Source of the DNA: Candidatus Eiseniibacteriota bacterium
GTDB lineage: Bacteria; Eisenbacteria; RBG-16-71-46; CAZAMP01
Assembly: GCA_965224245.1 (NCBI GenBank)
Contig: OZ245046.1
Span: 6,272,001 to 6,336,000 of the forward strand
DNA: 64,000 bases
Direction: 5' to 3'
Of the stretch, positions 49,855 through 60,800 are shown piece by piece. A program made the translations under genes and the position numbers. The notes below the pieces were generated by a model. The model was not told where the DNA came from. It worked only from the letters and a program-made list of their open reading frames with translations, and ran no database searches. The first letter of the stretch is position 1; every line of letters starts with the position of its first letter.

Positions 49855-52311
49855 ATGACGCGGAACGACGACCAGCCCCCCGCTTCGAGGCGGCCCTCGT
49901 CCGAGGACGAGACGGTTCTCGGAATCACCGAGGCCAGCATCGTGCACGACCTGGTCGGACCCGACGAGACGCCCCCCGTGGTGCTCCGAGCGCCGGAGGG
50001 TGAGTCAGCGCCGCCAGTGCTCCAGCTGGGCTCGCACAAGTACCGGATCCTCGGTGAGCTGGGTCGCGGGGGAATGGGGCAGGTGTACCTCGCGTTCGAT
50101 CAGGATCTCGGGCGCGAGGTCGCACTCAAGATGATGCGGGCGCGGAGCGACGCCGGGACCCGGAGGTTCATCGAGGAAGCGCGAGTCATGGCGCAGCTCG
50201 ATCATCCGAACATCGTTCCCGTCTACGACGTCGGAGTCGCCGAGGGGGGGCGGATCTTCTACACGATGCGAGTGGTGAGGGGGCAGACGTTCGCCGAGGT
50301 CCTGGAACGGTGTCGTCGCTCCGGACACGGGGGCCCCGGCTGCTCGCTCGCGCGTCTGGTTCAGCTCTTCCTCCAGATGGGCCAGGGCGTGGCCCATGCA
50401 CACTCCAAGGGGGTCGTACACCGCGACATCAAGCCATCGAACGTGATGATCGGGCTTCATGGAGAGGTCCTGGTGCTGGACTGGGGCCTCTCCAGGCTGA
50501 CCGATCCGGCGAGCATCGAGGAGTCGCCGTCGGCGCCGCGTCCCAAACGCGTGGCGGGGACCCCACGCTACATGTCCCCCGAGCAGGCGAGCGGCGAGCC
50601 GGTCGACCATCGAACCGACATCTACGCGCTCGGGGCGATCCTGTACGAGCTGCTCACACTGCGTCCGATGTTCGAGGCGGACACTCGCGATGCACTCCTC
50701 GAGATCGTGAGGAGTGCGACACCACCACGACCGCGGCTCGCCGCACCCGAGTACACCATTCCCGCGGCCCTCGAGACCGCCTGTCTTCGGGCGGTCCGCA
50801 AGCGGCCTGATGATCGCCCGCAATCGGTCCGGGAGTTCATGGACGAGGTGCAGACGTGGCTCGAGGCAGACGCTGACCGTGACCGCCGTCGTCAGGTCGC
50901 ACAGGACATCGCGGAGAAGGGCGCCGCGCTCCTGACCCACTACTTCCAGCTGAAGCAGGAGGTGGCGGCACTCGAAGCCGAGGTTCTCGAGGTGACCGGC
51001 CGGTTCGAGGGATGGGAGCCCGCGGAGAAGAAGGCACCGATCATCGAGGCGGAGGACCGGGCGGCGGCGGCTCGCAGCGAGCTCGTGGCGGCTCGATCCG
51101 ACCTGGTGGCGACGCTCGAGAAGGCGCTGGGGTTCGAGGCCGACAACGCGACCGCTCGCGAGGCCCTTGCCGACTACTACTGGAGTCGCTTTCAGGAAGC
51201 CGAGCGCACCGGACGCGACGAGGACCGGATCTTCTTCACGCGCCGCGTGAGTGAGTACGACGATGGAAAGTACACCGACGAGCTCGAGGGATCGGGCTCC
51301 CTCACCCTGGACTCGGAGCCGGCGGGAGCCACTGCCACCCTGTACCGCGTGGAGGCCGACGGGTTCGTACACACTCCGAGACGTTCGCGCGTGCTGGGAG
51401 AGACGCCCGTTCGCGCGACGGAGCTGTCCATGGGGAGCTACCTGGTGATCTTGCACAAGGACGGATTCCGCGATGTTCGATACCCGGTCCACATCGCGCG
51501 AAACCGGAGCTGGATCGGACGGGTCCACCTCAGACGCGACGATGAGATCGGAGACGAGTTCATTCACGTCCCCGCCGGCCCTTTCCTGTACGGCGGCGAC
51601 CCCGTGGCGCGGCGCGGGCGTGCGGCCGGAGAGCAGCTGCTCGACGATGTCTTCATCGGCAAGCACCCGGTGACGATGGCCGAGTACGTCGAGTTCCTCA
51701 ACGATCTCGCGCAGTCCGATGGGATCGACGCGGCACTCGCTCGCTCACCACGGCGGAGCGCTCGGGATCCGGTGACCTCCTACATGGAGGTGGATGACGC
51801 CGGCGTACTGTGCCTTCCGGATACCGATCACGAAGGTGACTCGTGGGATCCGCGGCTGCCCGTCGTGGGCGTGAGCTGGAACGATGCCGTCGCCTACTGC
51901 GAGTGGCGCGGGAGACGTGACGGCCGCCGCTACCGGCTGCCCACCGAAGTGGAATGGGAGAAGAGTGCCCGCGGCGTCGATGGCCGCTGGTACCCGTGGG
52001 GATGGCGGTTCGATCCGAGCCTGTGCAACATGGAGGAATCCCGCCAGGAGCGGCCCGCACCGGTCCCCGTGCACGAGTTTCCCACCGACGTCTCGATCTA
52101 CGGGGTTCGCGGGTGTGCGGGAAACGTGGAGGAGTGGACGGCGACGACGCTGGTGGAGGGGCAGGGGGAGCGCGCACGTGTCGGGCGTGTGGTGTGCGGC
52201 GGTGCGTGGAGCGGCGTTCGCTCCTACGTCCGGTGTGCTTCCCGGTTCGACTACGCGGCCGAGACGTGCACCGACGTCGTCGGCTTCCGGATCGCCCTCG
52301 ACCCGAGCTGA
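49855..52311 (+). CDS. Ser/Thr protein kinase + coiled-coil + FGE-sulfatase (SUMF1/CLec-fold) domain
   Basis: [32 protein letters not shown]-terminal [38 protein letters not shown]. No obvious TM helix. Confidence 0.9.
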   Translation: MTRNDDQPPASRRPSSEDETVLGITEASIVHDLVGPDETPPVVLRAPEGESAPPVLQLGSHKYRILGELGRGGMGQVYLAFDQDLGREVALKMMRARSDAGTRRFIEEARVMAQLDHPNIVPVYDVGVAEGGRIFYTMRVVRGQTFAEVLERCRRSGHGGPGCSLARLVQLFLQMGQGVAHAHSKGVVHRDIKPSNVMIGLHGEVLVLDWGLSRLTDPASIEESPSAPRPKRVAGTPRYMSPEQASGEPVDHRTDIYALGAILYELLTLRPMFEADTRDALLEIVRSATPPRPRLAAPEYTIPAALETACLRAVRKRPDDRPQSVREFMDEVQTWLEADADRDRRRQVAQDIAEKGAALLTHYFQLKQEVAALEAEVLEVTGRFEGWEPAEKKAPIIEAEDRAAAARSELVAARSDLVATLEKALGFEADNATAREALADYYWSRFQEAERTGRDEDRIFFTRRVSEYDDGKYTDELEGSGSLTLDSEPAGATATLYRVEADGFVHTPRRSRVLGETPVRATELSMGSYLVILHKDGFRDVRYPVHIARNRSWIGRVHLRRDDEIGDEFIHVPAGPFLYGGDPVARRGRAAGEQLLDDVFIGKHPVTMAEYVEFLNDLAQSDGIDAALARSPRRSARDPVTSYMEVDDAGVLCLPDTDHEGDSWDPRLPVVGVSWNDAVAYCEWRGRRDGRRYRLPTEVEWEKSARGVDGRWYPWGWRFDPSLCNMEESRQERPAPVPVHEFPTDVSIYGVRGCAGNVEEWTATTLVEGQGERARVGRVVCGGAWSGVRSYVRCASRFDYAAETCTDVVGFRIALDPS

Positions 52312-52353
52312 CTCCTCTCCGAATCCCCCGAGCCGCGCTCCACTCTTCACGCC

Positions 52354-52371
52354 GGAGAGCGGGCGCTCTCC
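52354..52371 (+). terminator. Hairpin after the kinase gene
   Basis: GGAGAGCG-gg-CGCTCTCC followed by a pyrimidine-rich tract. Confidence 0.4.
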
Positions 52372-52571
52372 ATTCCTCTCCATTGCTCTCGCCCGCGGCA
52401 ACACCTTGCACGACAGGATGCTCCGCGCCCGACGCCCCGGTGCCGCGAGGATGCCGGCGAGCACGCGCTCTCCAGGCCAACGGCCAACCGCCGCATCGCT
52501 CCAGAAGCTCGCCCACCCATAACCGGTTGTCTGGCAACGATTAGCCGGAGCCACCATCAGCACCCGGGTCG

Positions 52572-52586
52572 CGGCATGGCGCTTGC
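52572..52586 (+). promoter_or_regulatory. Candidate sigma54 -24/-12 promoter
   Basis: CGGCATGGCGCTTGC: GG-N10-GC spacing with GGCA...TTGC, about 150 nt upstream of ATG 52738. Confidence 0.55.
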
Positions 52587-52737
52587 GATGTCAGCGGGCG
52601 ACGGCTTTCCAACCGATCCCGATCAGGTTCCCATCCCGATCAGGTTCGCCAATCCCGATGCCCGAGTTCGAGCGGAAACGGAAAGCCTTGCTCGAAGGAC
52701 CGCTCGGAGCCGTGGCTCGAATCGAGGGAGTAGTCTC

Positions 52738-53502
52738 ATGTCCAAGCTGAACGAGGCGCTGATCACCGTGCTGATCGGCACCAGTCTGACCGTCGGCGTG
52801 GCCGGCGCTCAGCTGCCGGATCCCGGCCTGACCATCGTTCCGGAACGGACGGCGGTCGTGATCACCGACCCGCAGAACGACTTTCTGAGTCCGGAAGGGG
52901 TCACCTGGGGGCTGGTCGGTCCCAGCGTCACCGCCAACGGCACGGTCGAGAACATCGAGAAGCTGATGCAGACGGCAAAGGCCAACGGCCTGCCTGTCTT
53001 CATCTCGCCCCACTACTACTACCCCACCGACGAAGGGTGGATGTTCGGGGGCGCGGTCGAGCAGATGATGCACGCCGTCGGGATGTTCGATCGCACCGGG
53101 GCTCTCACGATCGAGGGACTCGAGGGCTCCGGCGCGGACTGGCTCGAGCGGTACCGACCGCTCATCGAGGATGGCCACACGGTGGTCGCCAGTCCGCACA
53201 AGGTCTACGGGCCGGAGACGAACGACCTCGCTCTCCAGCTCCGCAAGCGGGGCATCGACAAGGTCATCCTCGCCGGCATGTCGGCGAACCTCTGCGTCGA
53301 GGCGCATCTCCGGGAGCTCCTCGAGCAGGGGTTCGAGGTCGCCGTGGTGCGCGACGCCACCGCCGCCGCACAGGCGGGCGAGCTCGACGGATACGCCGCG
53401 GCGCTCATGAACTTCCGGTTCCTGGCCAGCAAGGTCTGGACCACGGTCGAGGCCGTCGATGCGATCGAGTCCGCAGCCCGGGAGCATGCCGCACTTCGCT
53501 GA
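52738..53502 (+). CDS. Isochorismatase-family cysteine hydrolase with signal peptide
   Basis: TDPQNDF (Asp), PHKVY (Lys), GMSANLCVE (Cys), VVRDAT; GAGGGAG RBS. Confidence 0.87.
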   Translation: MSKLNEALITVLIGTSLTVGVAGAQLPDPGLTIVPERTAVVITDPQNDFLSPEGVTWGLVGPSVTANGTVENIEKLMQTAKANGLPVFISPHYYYPTDEGWMFGGAVEQMMHAVGMFDRTGALTIEGLEGSGADWLERYRPLIEDGHTVVASPHKVYGPETNDLALQLRKRGIDKVILAGMSANLCVEAHLRELLEQGFEVAVVRDATAAAQAGELDGYAAALMNFRFLASKVWTTVEAVDAIESAAREHAALR

Positions 53503-53560
53503 ACCCGACCCGGCTTCACGAGTCGAGAACGACACTCAACGAGAGCTTCAGGAGAGAACC

Positions 53561-54169
53561 ATGTCACGCTACGTATTTGCACTCGCGCTGATCGGCCTCA
53601 TCGGCCTGACGAACGGATGTGGAGAAGACACGTCGGTGATCACCGCCAGCGAGCCCGCGGCGGAGATCTCCTCGTTCGAGGAGCACACCCGCACGGGACT
53701 TCCGGGCCGGGCAATGGTCCTTCGACTGTTCGGGAGTGCCGTCGCCCGCCCGGGTACGGTTCCGGACATCGATGGCGACGGCGTCGACGATGACGCTCTC
53801 TGCTTCGACATCGACATCCTGGACGCCGCCGGAAACAAGATCGGCACCGCGACCGACTGCCTGTCGAACATCGTCGGCGTCGGCGACGGCATGGCGCTGG
53901 TGGGGACCACGTACTTCCACCTCCGGAACGGCACCTTCGTGTCGCGTGGCAGCACCACGGTCCAGCCGGTGACGACCACCGACCCCACACCGGCCACGCA
54001 TGCGACCGGTGCCATTCCGATGCCGGGCTCCAACGGAATCATCGCGGGCGACGGCGCCTTCGCGGGGCTCGACGCCGAGGTGCGACTCTCCGGTGCGGTG
54101 AACCTCTCCCGCCTGGACAGTGAGGGCCGGATCGCATTCGACTGTCTGTTCGCGGTCACGCCGCAATAG
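53561..54169 (+). CDS. Hypothetical lipoprotein (possible dirigent/allene-oxide-cyclase-like barrel)
   Basis: AGGAG RBS; lipobox-like LTNGC; IIAGDGAFAG..AEV resembles the IxGGTGxFAG motif (the fold call is weak). Confidence 0.75.
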   Translation: MSRYVFALALIGLIGLTNGCGEDTSVITASEPAAEISSFEEHTRTGLPGRAMVLRLFGSAVARPGTVPDIDGDGVDDDALCFDIDILDAAGNKIGTATDCLSNIVGVGDGMALVGTTYFHLRNGTFVSRGSTTVQPVTTTDPTPATHATGAIPMPGSNGIIAGDGAFAGLDAEVRLSGAVNLSRLDSEGRIAFDCLFAVTPQ

Positions 54170-54182
54170 AGCAGACAGCCAC

Positions 54183-54221
54183 GCGCACGGCGTCGATCGA
54201 TCGGGGATCGGCGCCGTGCGC
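54183..54221 (+). terminator. Long hairpin ending the hydrolase-lipoprotein unit
   Basis: GCGCACGGCGTCGATC-N7-GATCGGCGCCGTGCGC, 16-bp stem with one G-U pair. Confidence 0.55.
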
Positions 54222-54571
54222 ACCTTCAAGCTACCGGCTGATACCGATCGCCTCTCGTTCTGCTGCAGACCTACCGTCATGGCGAGGACCAACCGGACAC
54301 CCGAGCCCACCTCCATCCGACCTCCCGTCCGGCAGCTCCGGCCGGAGTGCCGCCGACGTGCAACAGCTTGTCCGGTATGAGCTTAAGCCGTCCATCCAGG
54401 ACAGGCGCGGCCGCAGGGCTACAGGGATGGTCAGCAAGTCACCGAGCCGCAACGCACCCGATGTCGTGTCGCGGCGACGGAAAACGCGTTTCCTTCCAAC
54501 AGGTCGTCCCGGGACGTGCCCATTGCTCACACGTGCTCTCCCGGGTTTCCGGCACCGAAAGGAAACCAACC

Positions 54572-57544
54572 GTGCAACTCACGTTTCTGCAGGCACTTCC
54601 GTGCTTCTGCAGGTGGGCTTTGCTTGTCGGCGCGCTGGCCCCGTTTCTCGCCGATGCGCAGGAGCTCACCCTGAACATCGGGCGGGGTGACTCCGACCCC
54701 ACCTGGCTCGAGGCCGGCGCAGCGACGGTTCACTTCTCGGCCTACACCGGAACGGGGTATGCAGTCCACGAGTACGACACGATCACCGGGGTGGGGACCG
54801 TCATCGATTCTCCACCGTTCCTGGATCCCCCGGCGCAGCTGACGGTGGTGGGAAACAAGCTCTTTTTCTCCGGCGAGGCGGCCGGCGAGCGCGAGGGGGT
54901 GGAGCTGTGGGTGGCGGAGAGCGGTGTCGCCACCCGGATCGACATTCGCCCGGGGAGCACCCTGAACCCGGCGCTGGGGAGCTTCACGGCCTACGACGGA
55001 CTTCTGATCTTCACTGCGGACGACGGTGTGCACGGTCGCGAGGCCTGGCGGTCGAACGGCACCCAGGCCGGCACGTACATGCTCGAGGACATCAGCCTCG
55101 CCGGGGATTCGATCCCAGCGTTCTTCGAGGAAGCCAATGGTCTGATCTTCTTCGCCGCCACCAGCGACTACTTCGGCCGTGAGCTCTGGAAGACCGACGG
55201 AAGCAGCTCGGGGACGATGATGGTCACCGACATCGATCCGATCTACTCGTCCAATCCACGTCAGTTCGAGCGGCTCGGGAACACGCTCTTCTTCTCCGCC
55301 GATGACGGCTTGAACGGAAGGGAGATGTGGAAGTCGAACGGGACGACCACCGTGCTCGTCTCCGACCTGGAGCCCGGCCCCGGTGACTCCGAGCCGGTCG
55401 GCCTGACCCGGCATGCGGGATGGGTATACTTCGTCGCGGCTACCTCGGCCCACGGGGACGATCTCTTCCGCACCGGTGGCTTCGGCGTCGAGGCACTAGA
55501 GACCATCGTGGGACCGGGGTCGGTCTCGCCCTCACTCCTGACCAGCTCGGGCACGCGACTGTACTTCACCGGAGAAGATGCCACCCATGGGCGTGAGCTG
55601 TGGTCCACCGACGGGACCCCGGGAGGAGCGGCCATGGTGAAAGACATCAACGCCGGGCCGGGCACCAGTCACATACGTACCCCCACGGACGTCGTCGGCA
55701 CACTTCACTTCGAAGTGTACATCGACGGCGTGACGGACCTCTGGCGCTCGGATGGAACCGCAAGCGGAACCTACGAGATCTTGGACACGTGGGGGAACGG
55801 ACCGAACGAGCCGGACGGGCTGACCGCTCACGGCGGCGAGCTCTACTTCGCCGCGGACAACGGAACCGACGTTGGCCGCGAGCTCTGGCGCACCGATGAG
55901 AGCACCGGCATCGCCGAGTTCGCGTGGGACGCCTACTCCGTGCTCGGATCCAACCCGACGGACTTCCGCCCCTGGCAGCCGACCTTTCTCTCCCCCGATT
56001 ACCTGCTCACGTATGCCGATCTGCCGGGGGACGGCCGGGAGCTCTGCCTGATGCTGAATCCGATCGTGTACTCAGACCCCGAGGTCATGCCTCAGGGATG
56101 GGGCAGTCGGTCTCTGACCGGTGCAATCCCCGGCGCCGAGTTCGTCGTGAACGGCGAGTACCTCTACTACACCGTGTGGGGCGAAACGGAGGGGTCGGAG
56201 GCGAGGATGGTCTGGTACATCTCGTCCGACTTCGATGAGTACAGTCAGACGATCATCCCGGGGCCGACGGGATCCCAGCCGGCCGGGCTGACCATCTTCG
56301 ATGGAGAGTGTCTCTTCACCGCCCGTGGCTCCACCAGTCCCGACGACTTCGGGCTGTACCGGATGGGCCGATGGGGACCGACGCTCATTCGCTCGTTCGG
56401 TCCCGAGCGCCCTCGTGGCATCGTGGCACTCGACGACCGTCCAACCGGGCTCGACGTCGCCCTGTTCACGGGCCACCAGCCCGCGACGGGGTGGGAGCTC
56501 TGGGCCACTGACAACGTTGATGCCGTTCTCTTCGTGGACATCGAGCCGGGCGTGGGCTCCTCCGATCCTCAGCAGCTCGTCCGCGCGGGGAACCGCGTGT
56601 TCTTCACCGCCTTCCGCTCCGACGTGGGACGCGAGCTCTGGACCAGCGACGGCACGCCCGCGGGTACGATGCTCCTCGCCGACCTCGAGCCCGGGCCGGC
56701 GGGATCCGAACCGGAGGAGCTCGTGGCCAGCGGGAGTCGGGTGTTCTTCACCGCCACCACCACCGATGGTGGTCGTGAGCTCTACTACGCTACCGGCGGC
56801 AGCGTCGTGGCGCTCGGCGAGCTCGTGATCGGGCCGGGCTCGGCCGATCCCCGGGGACTCGCCGCCGTCGCCGGCGACCTCTACTTCACCGCCGATCCGG
56901 GGGATGGCACCGGCCGCGAGCCGTGGCTTTACGACGACGTCTCGATGCGAATGCTGGCCGACATCTCATCGGGCCCGACCAGCTCCGAGTGCGGCGAGTT
57001 CCTCGAGCACAACTACCTCTGCTACTTCGTGGCCGAGAACGCCACTTTCGGACGAGAGATCTGGCGGACCAACGGGGACCTCTACGAGGTGGTCAGTGAC
57101 GACGCATCCCCGGGACCGTGGTCGCTTCGTCCCGGCGAGCTCACGCACTTTCGCGACTGGGTGGTGTACGCGGCAACGACGAGTCACCAGGGACGGGAGA
57201 TCTGGTACCTCGAGGACGCCGGCATCCTGGACGTCGAGGGAGAGATGAGCGCGGTCTCGAGTCCGTTTCCGGTGCTCGCGCCGGGTCAGATCCGGGTGGG
57301 ACCGAACCCGGTCCACGACGTCGCCACGATCCGGGTCCGGACCGGGAGCGCGGGACACGCCACCGCCCGGCTGATCGACGCTTCGGGGCGCGAGACGGCA
57401 CGCCGCGAGCTGGGTGAGCTCGATGCCGGACCGCACGCGGTTCGATGGGACGTCCGCGCCGATCGCCTCTCGCCGGGGGTGTACTTCATCGAGGTCGAGG
57501 TGGGGGCGGAGAGAATGTCGGGGAAGTTCGTGCTGATGCCTTGA
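54572..57544 (+). CDS. ELWxxDGT-repeat protein with CTD
   Basis: GTG follows AAAGGA; repeated GRELW[KST]xDG[TS]xxGT; CTD GPNPV...IDASGRE...PGVYF. Confidence 0.88.
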   Translation: MQLTFLQALPCFCRWALLVGALAPFLADAQELTLNIGRGDSDPTWLEAGAATVHFSAYTGTGYAVHEYDTITGVGTVIDSPPFLDPPAQLTVVGNKLFFSGEAAGEREGVELWVAESGVATRIDIRPGSTLNPALGSFTAYDGLLIFTADDGVHGREAWRSNGTQAGTYMLEDISLAGDSIPAFFEEANGLIFFAATSDYFGRELWKTDGSSSGTMMVTDIDPIYSSNPRQFERLGNTLFFSADDGLNGREMWKSNGTTTVLVSDLEPGPGDSEPVGLTRHAGWVYFVAATSAHGDDLFRTGGFGVEALETIVGPGSVSPSLLTSSGTRLYFTGEDATHGRELWSTDGTPGGAAMVKDINAGPGTSHIRTPTDVVGTLHFEVYIDGVTDLWRSDGTASGTYEILDTWGNGPNEPDGLTAHGGELYFAADNGTDVGRELWRTDESTGIAEFAWDAYSVLGSNPTDFRPWQPTFLSPDYLLTYADLPGDGRELCLMLNPIVYSDPEVMPQGWGSRSLTGAIPGAEFVVNGEYLYYTVWGETEGSEARMVWYISSDFDEYSQTIIPGPTGSQPAGLTIFDGECLFTARGSTSPDDFGLYRMGRWGPTLIRSFGPERPRGIVALDDRPTGLDVALFTGHQPATGWELWATDNVDAVLFVDIEPGVGSSDPQQLVRAGNRVFFTAFRSDVGRELWTSDGTPAGTMLLADLEPGPAGSEPEELVASGSRVFFTATTTDGGRELYYATGGSVVALGELVIGPGSADPRGLAAVAGDLYFTADPGDGTGREPWLYDDVSMRMLADISSGPTSSECGEFLEHNYLCYFVAENATFGREIWRTNGDLYEVVSDDASPGPWSLRPGELTHFRDWVVYAATTSHQGREIWYLEDAGILDVEGEMSAVSSPFPVLAPGQIRVGPNPVHDVATIRVRTGSAGHATARLIDASGRETARRELGELDAGPHAVRWDVRADRLSPGVYFIEVEVGAERMSGKFVLMP

Positions 57545-57818
57545 CACGCGGGTCATTCGCGATCGACCCGTCACACTCCAGCTCCGTGCGCGAATCATCT
57601 ACGTGACGGGAGGAGCGACGGATGCTCGGTCATCGACCATGCCCCTGCTCCGACGTCGGACGGTAGTGGGTCGGTCGACTGACCCTCCACCGGGCTTTGG
57701 GCAGGGACAGGCAACAACCGATACGTATGGAGTCCTTCGGTTTCTACGTACTGCAAGTCGGTATTCACCGGATCATAATCGTAGAAAGTCCGTCCCACCC
57801 GACGCGTGGAGGCTCGGC

Positions 57819-60800
57819 ATGACCTGGTCCCCCTCGATTCTCGGAATCCTGCTCATCCTGGGGGCGAGCCCGGGTGTCGCCGAGCAGGCGTCCAAGCCCC
57901 CGGCCCCGAGCCCCCGAGTCGGTGTCGATCCTGCCGCCCGGGCGATCGTGCGCGAAGGGATTGCGATCCGAAGCGCCGGGTCACCCGTCTTCGGCACGGA
58001 CGTGCTCCTCTCCGACCTGGCCATCCCCTCCCACGAGCCGGCGATCGCGTCACGGGCGGACGGCACCCTCTTCGCTGCCGTCGTGGCCACTCCCCCCGCC
58101 ATCGATGTCTACCAGTCGGACGACGACGGATACACGTGGACGCTCTGGTTCCGCGCCACGGCTGCCGACGCGGTGAGTCACCCCGCCATCATCGTCGGCG
58201 AGGGCAACGTCAACCGGCTGGTGCTGGCGTACGTGGAGGGATCGGAGACGCCATCGGCACGGCTCGTCGTCCTCACTCGAGACCTCGACAACCCGGCGGA
58301 CATCAGCCTCGCGGAGCTCGATGCATCGCCGTATGCGTCCCTGGCCTCGCCGAGGCTCTGCGTGGACAGCCCGGAGTATGCGTTCTGGTATCCCTACATC
58401 GTGTGGGAGCGCCCGGTGGTCGGACGCGGCGCCGGCCAGCAGGTGCGGTTCTCCCGCTCCACCGACTACGGAGACACCTTCGAGACTCCGCAGTCGCTGG
58501 GAACCGGTGGAGGCCCGACCGAGCCCGACGTCGACTTCGGTGCCAGCCGCCTGTTCGTCGCCCTTGCCACCGGAACGTCCGGGTCACGAGACATCCAGGT
58601 GCGACAGAGCACCGACTTCGGCGCGACGTGGGATCCGGCAGTGGACGTCGCAACGGCCGTACAGGACGAGTTCGAGCCCAGCGTCGTCGCCTCGAACGGT
58701 GGTGATGCCGTGGTCGTGGCGTTCAGCAAGACCTACGGCGCCCAGTCGGACATCGAGGCCGCGATCTCGACCAACGGCGGCAGCACCTGGTTCCCGAACT
58801 ACCTCCCGTGGAACTCCGACGACGAGCGAACGGCGGATCTCGACGTCAGCGCCAGCGGCGGGCGGATCCACGCCGCCTTCCGCCGCGACGATGAGATCGT
58901 CTACACGTACTGCGCGGTGGCGACGCCGGGGGCCTGGTCTACCGAGCGAGTGCTGACCGACCTCAGCACCGCCACCGCGGGCTATGCCCCCGCGATCTGC
59001 CGCAACGCGTCGCGGCCCCAGGAGGCGATCGTGGCCTGGACCGCTCCGGCCCCGGACGGGAGCCGTGTATACGTGGGGGCGGCCTATCCGCTCGGCAAGT
59101 ACCTGATCGTCGCTGGATCCGATCCGCTCGCCACCGCCGTGGAGAGCTTCGCCGAATGGAAGGCATCGATCGGCTTCGACGTCGAGATCGTGACCCGCGC
59201 GCAGGTGTTCGCGGCCTCCGGCAGCGGCGACGACGCCGAGCGGTTCTGGTCCTACCTGCGCGATCGCCGGACCGAGCTGCGGTACGTGCTCCTGGTCGGG
59301 GACGTCGACACCATCCCCATGCGGCCCCTGTTCCCCTCGGGAAACCCGGCGTATCCACCCACGGACCCGCGGCACGACAACGGGCTGCCCTACGGCAGCG
59401 ATTACTACTACGCGAAGGTGGATGTCACGAGCTGGGACCTCGACCTCGACGGTCGGTGGGGCGAGTTCGTCGACGATGCACTCGATCCCGAGCCCGACCT
59501 CCTGGTGGGACGGATCCCCTTCAGCGACGTCACGAACGCGACGGCTGCGTGCGCGAGTGCGGTCGCGTTCGAAAGCAGTGAACCGGCCGGCAAGCGTGCC
59601 GCGCTCCTCGCCCACGGGTTTCTCAACTACCGGGGCAAGGCCTCCGATCAGATCACCGACGCGGCCTACGCCGGCGAGCACACCCGCAACAACGATCTGC
59701 TTCCCACGGGGTGGTCCGCCCTCCGTCTCTACGAGCGGAATGGCGTCGGCCCCTCCGGGTTCGCGAGCGAAGATTCGCTCACGCGCATGGACTACCGATC
59801 CTACGTGGGAGCCTTCGGCCTGGTGAGCGCGATGGCCCATGGCAATCCCTGGGGCCTCAGCGGGATCCGCTGGGTGAGCGACGTCAACGGGAACGGGTTT
59901 GCGGACCTCCGGGAGGAGTGGATCTACAACGAGTTCGTGAGAGCAGGCGACATCGCCGCGTCGCCGGCCACGGGACTCGTACTCCTCACCGGTTGCTCGA
60001 CCGGCGTTCTGTGGGGCGATGATCGCGGTTGCTGGGACGACCCCCTGGGATCCGGCTGGCTCTCGGGGACCACCCTCGATGGCACCATGCTCAAGGAGTA
60101 TCTGCGCCACGGCGCCGCCGCGGTCGTGGCATCGAGCGCTGGCTCTGACTACGGCTACGCCTGGACCTCTCCTGCCGGGAACGGCGGTCAGTCGCTGGCC
60201 GTATCGATCTCCTCTCACCTCGTCAGCGGACGGCTGCGAGCGGGAGACGCCTTCCACCGTGCCATGTTCGACTACGTGAACACCCATGGGTACCAGCGCG
60301 GAATCCGGGTGTTCAACTTCTACGGAGACCCCGCGCTCTCGTTCGAGACCGTCGACGTACCCGCGGCGACGCGCGAGGCCGCGGCTCGATACGTCGCGGC
60401 TCGTCCTCGTCTCGAGTCGGCGGAGCGCGAGGCGCGGGACGCGGTGGCCTGTGCGCTCCTGGAGAACCCCGACCAGTGGTCACCGCTCCCCGACCTGGCC
60501 GGCGCGACCACGATCTCCAGCCTGATGGTTCATTCGGGGGGCAAGCTCTTCGCGGCCGGGATGATCTCGGCGGACGAGGATCGGAACGCGGGCGTCGTAT
60601 ACCGGTGGGAAGACGCCATCAGCGTCATACCGACTCCCATCCCGCTACCGGCCGCCTGGTCGATCCGCGACCTCGCCGAGGCCGCATCCGGGGCGCTCAT
60701 CGCCTGCGGACTGGCAGAGGACGGTGGCTACGAGGGGCGGATCTATCGCTCGGAGGACGAGGGCGGGACGTGGATCACCAGCCTCGATCTTCCCGGGGGG

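Noticed and set aside
52180-52371. DGR target hypothesis for the kinase's C-terminal FGE/CLec domain with downstream hairpin
   Set aside because: No template repeat or reverse transcriptase was seen in the window. A remote DGR cannot be excluded without a genome-wide search for an adenine-mismatched copy.
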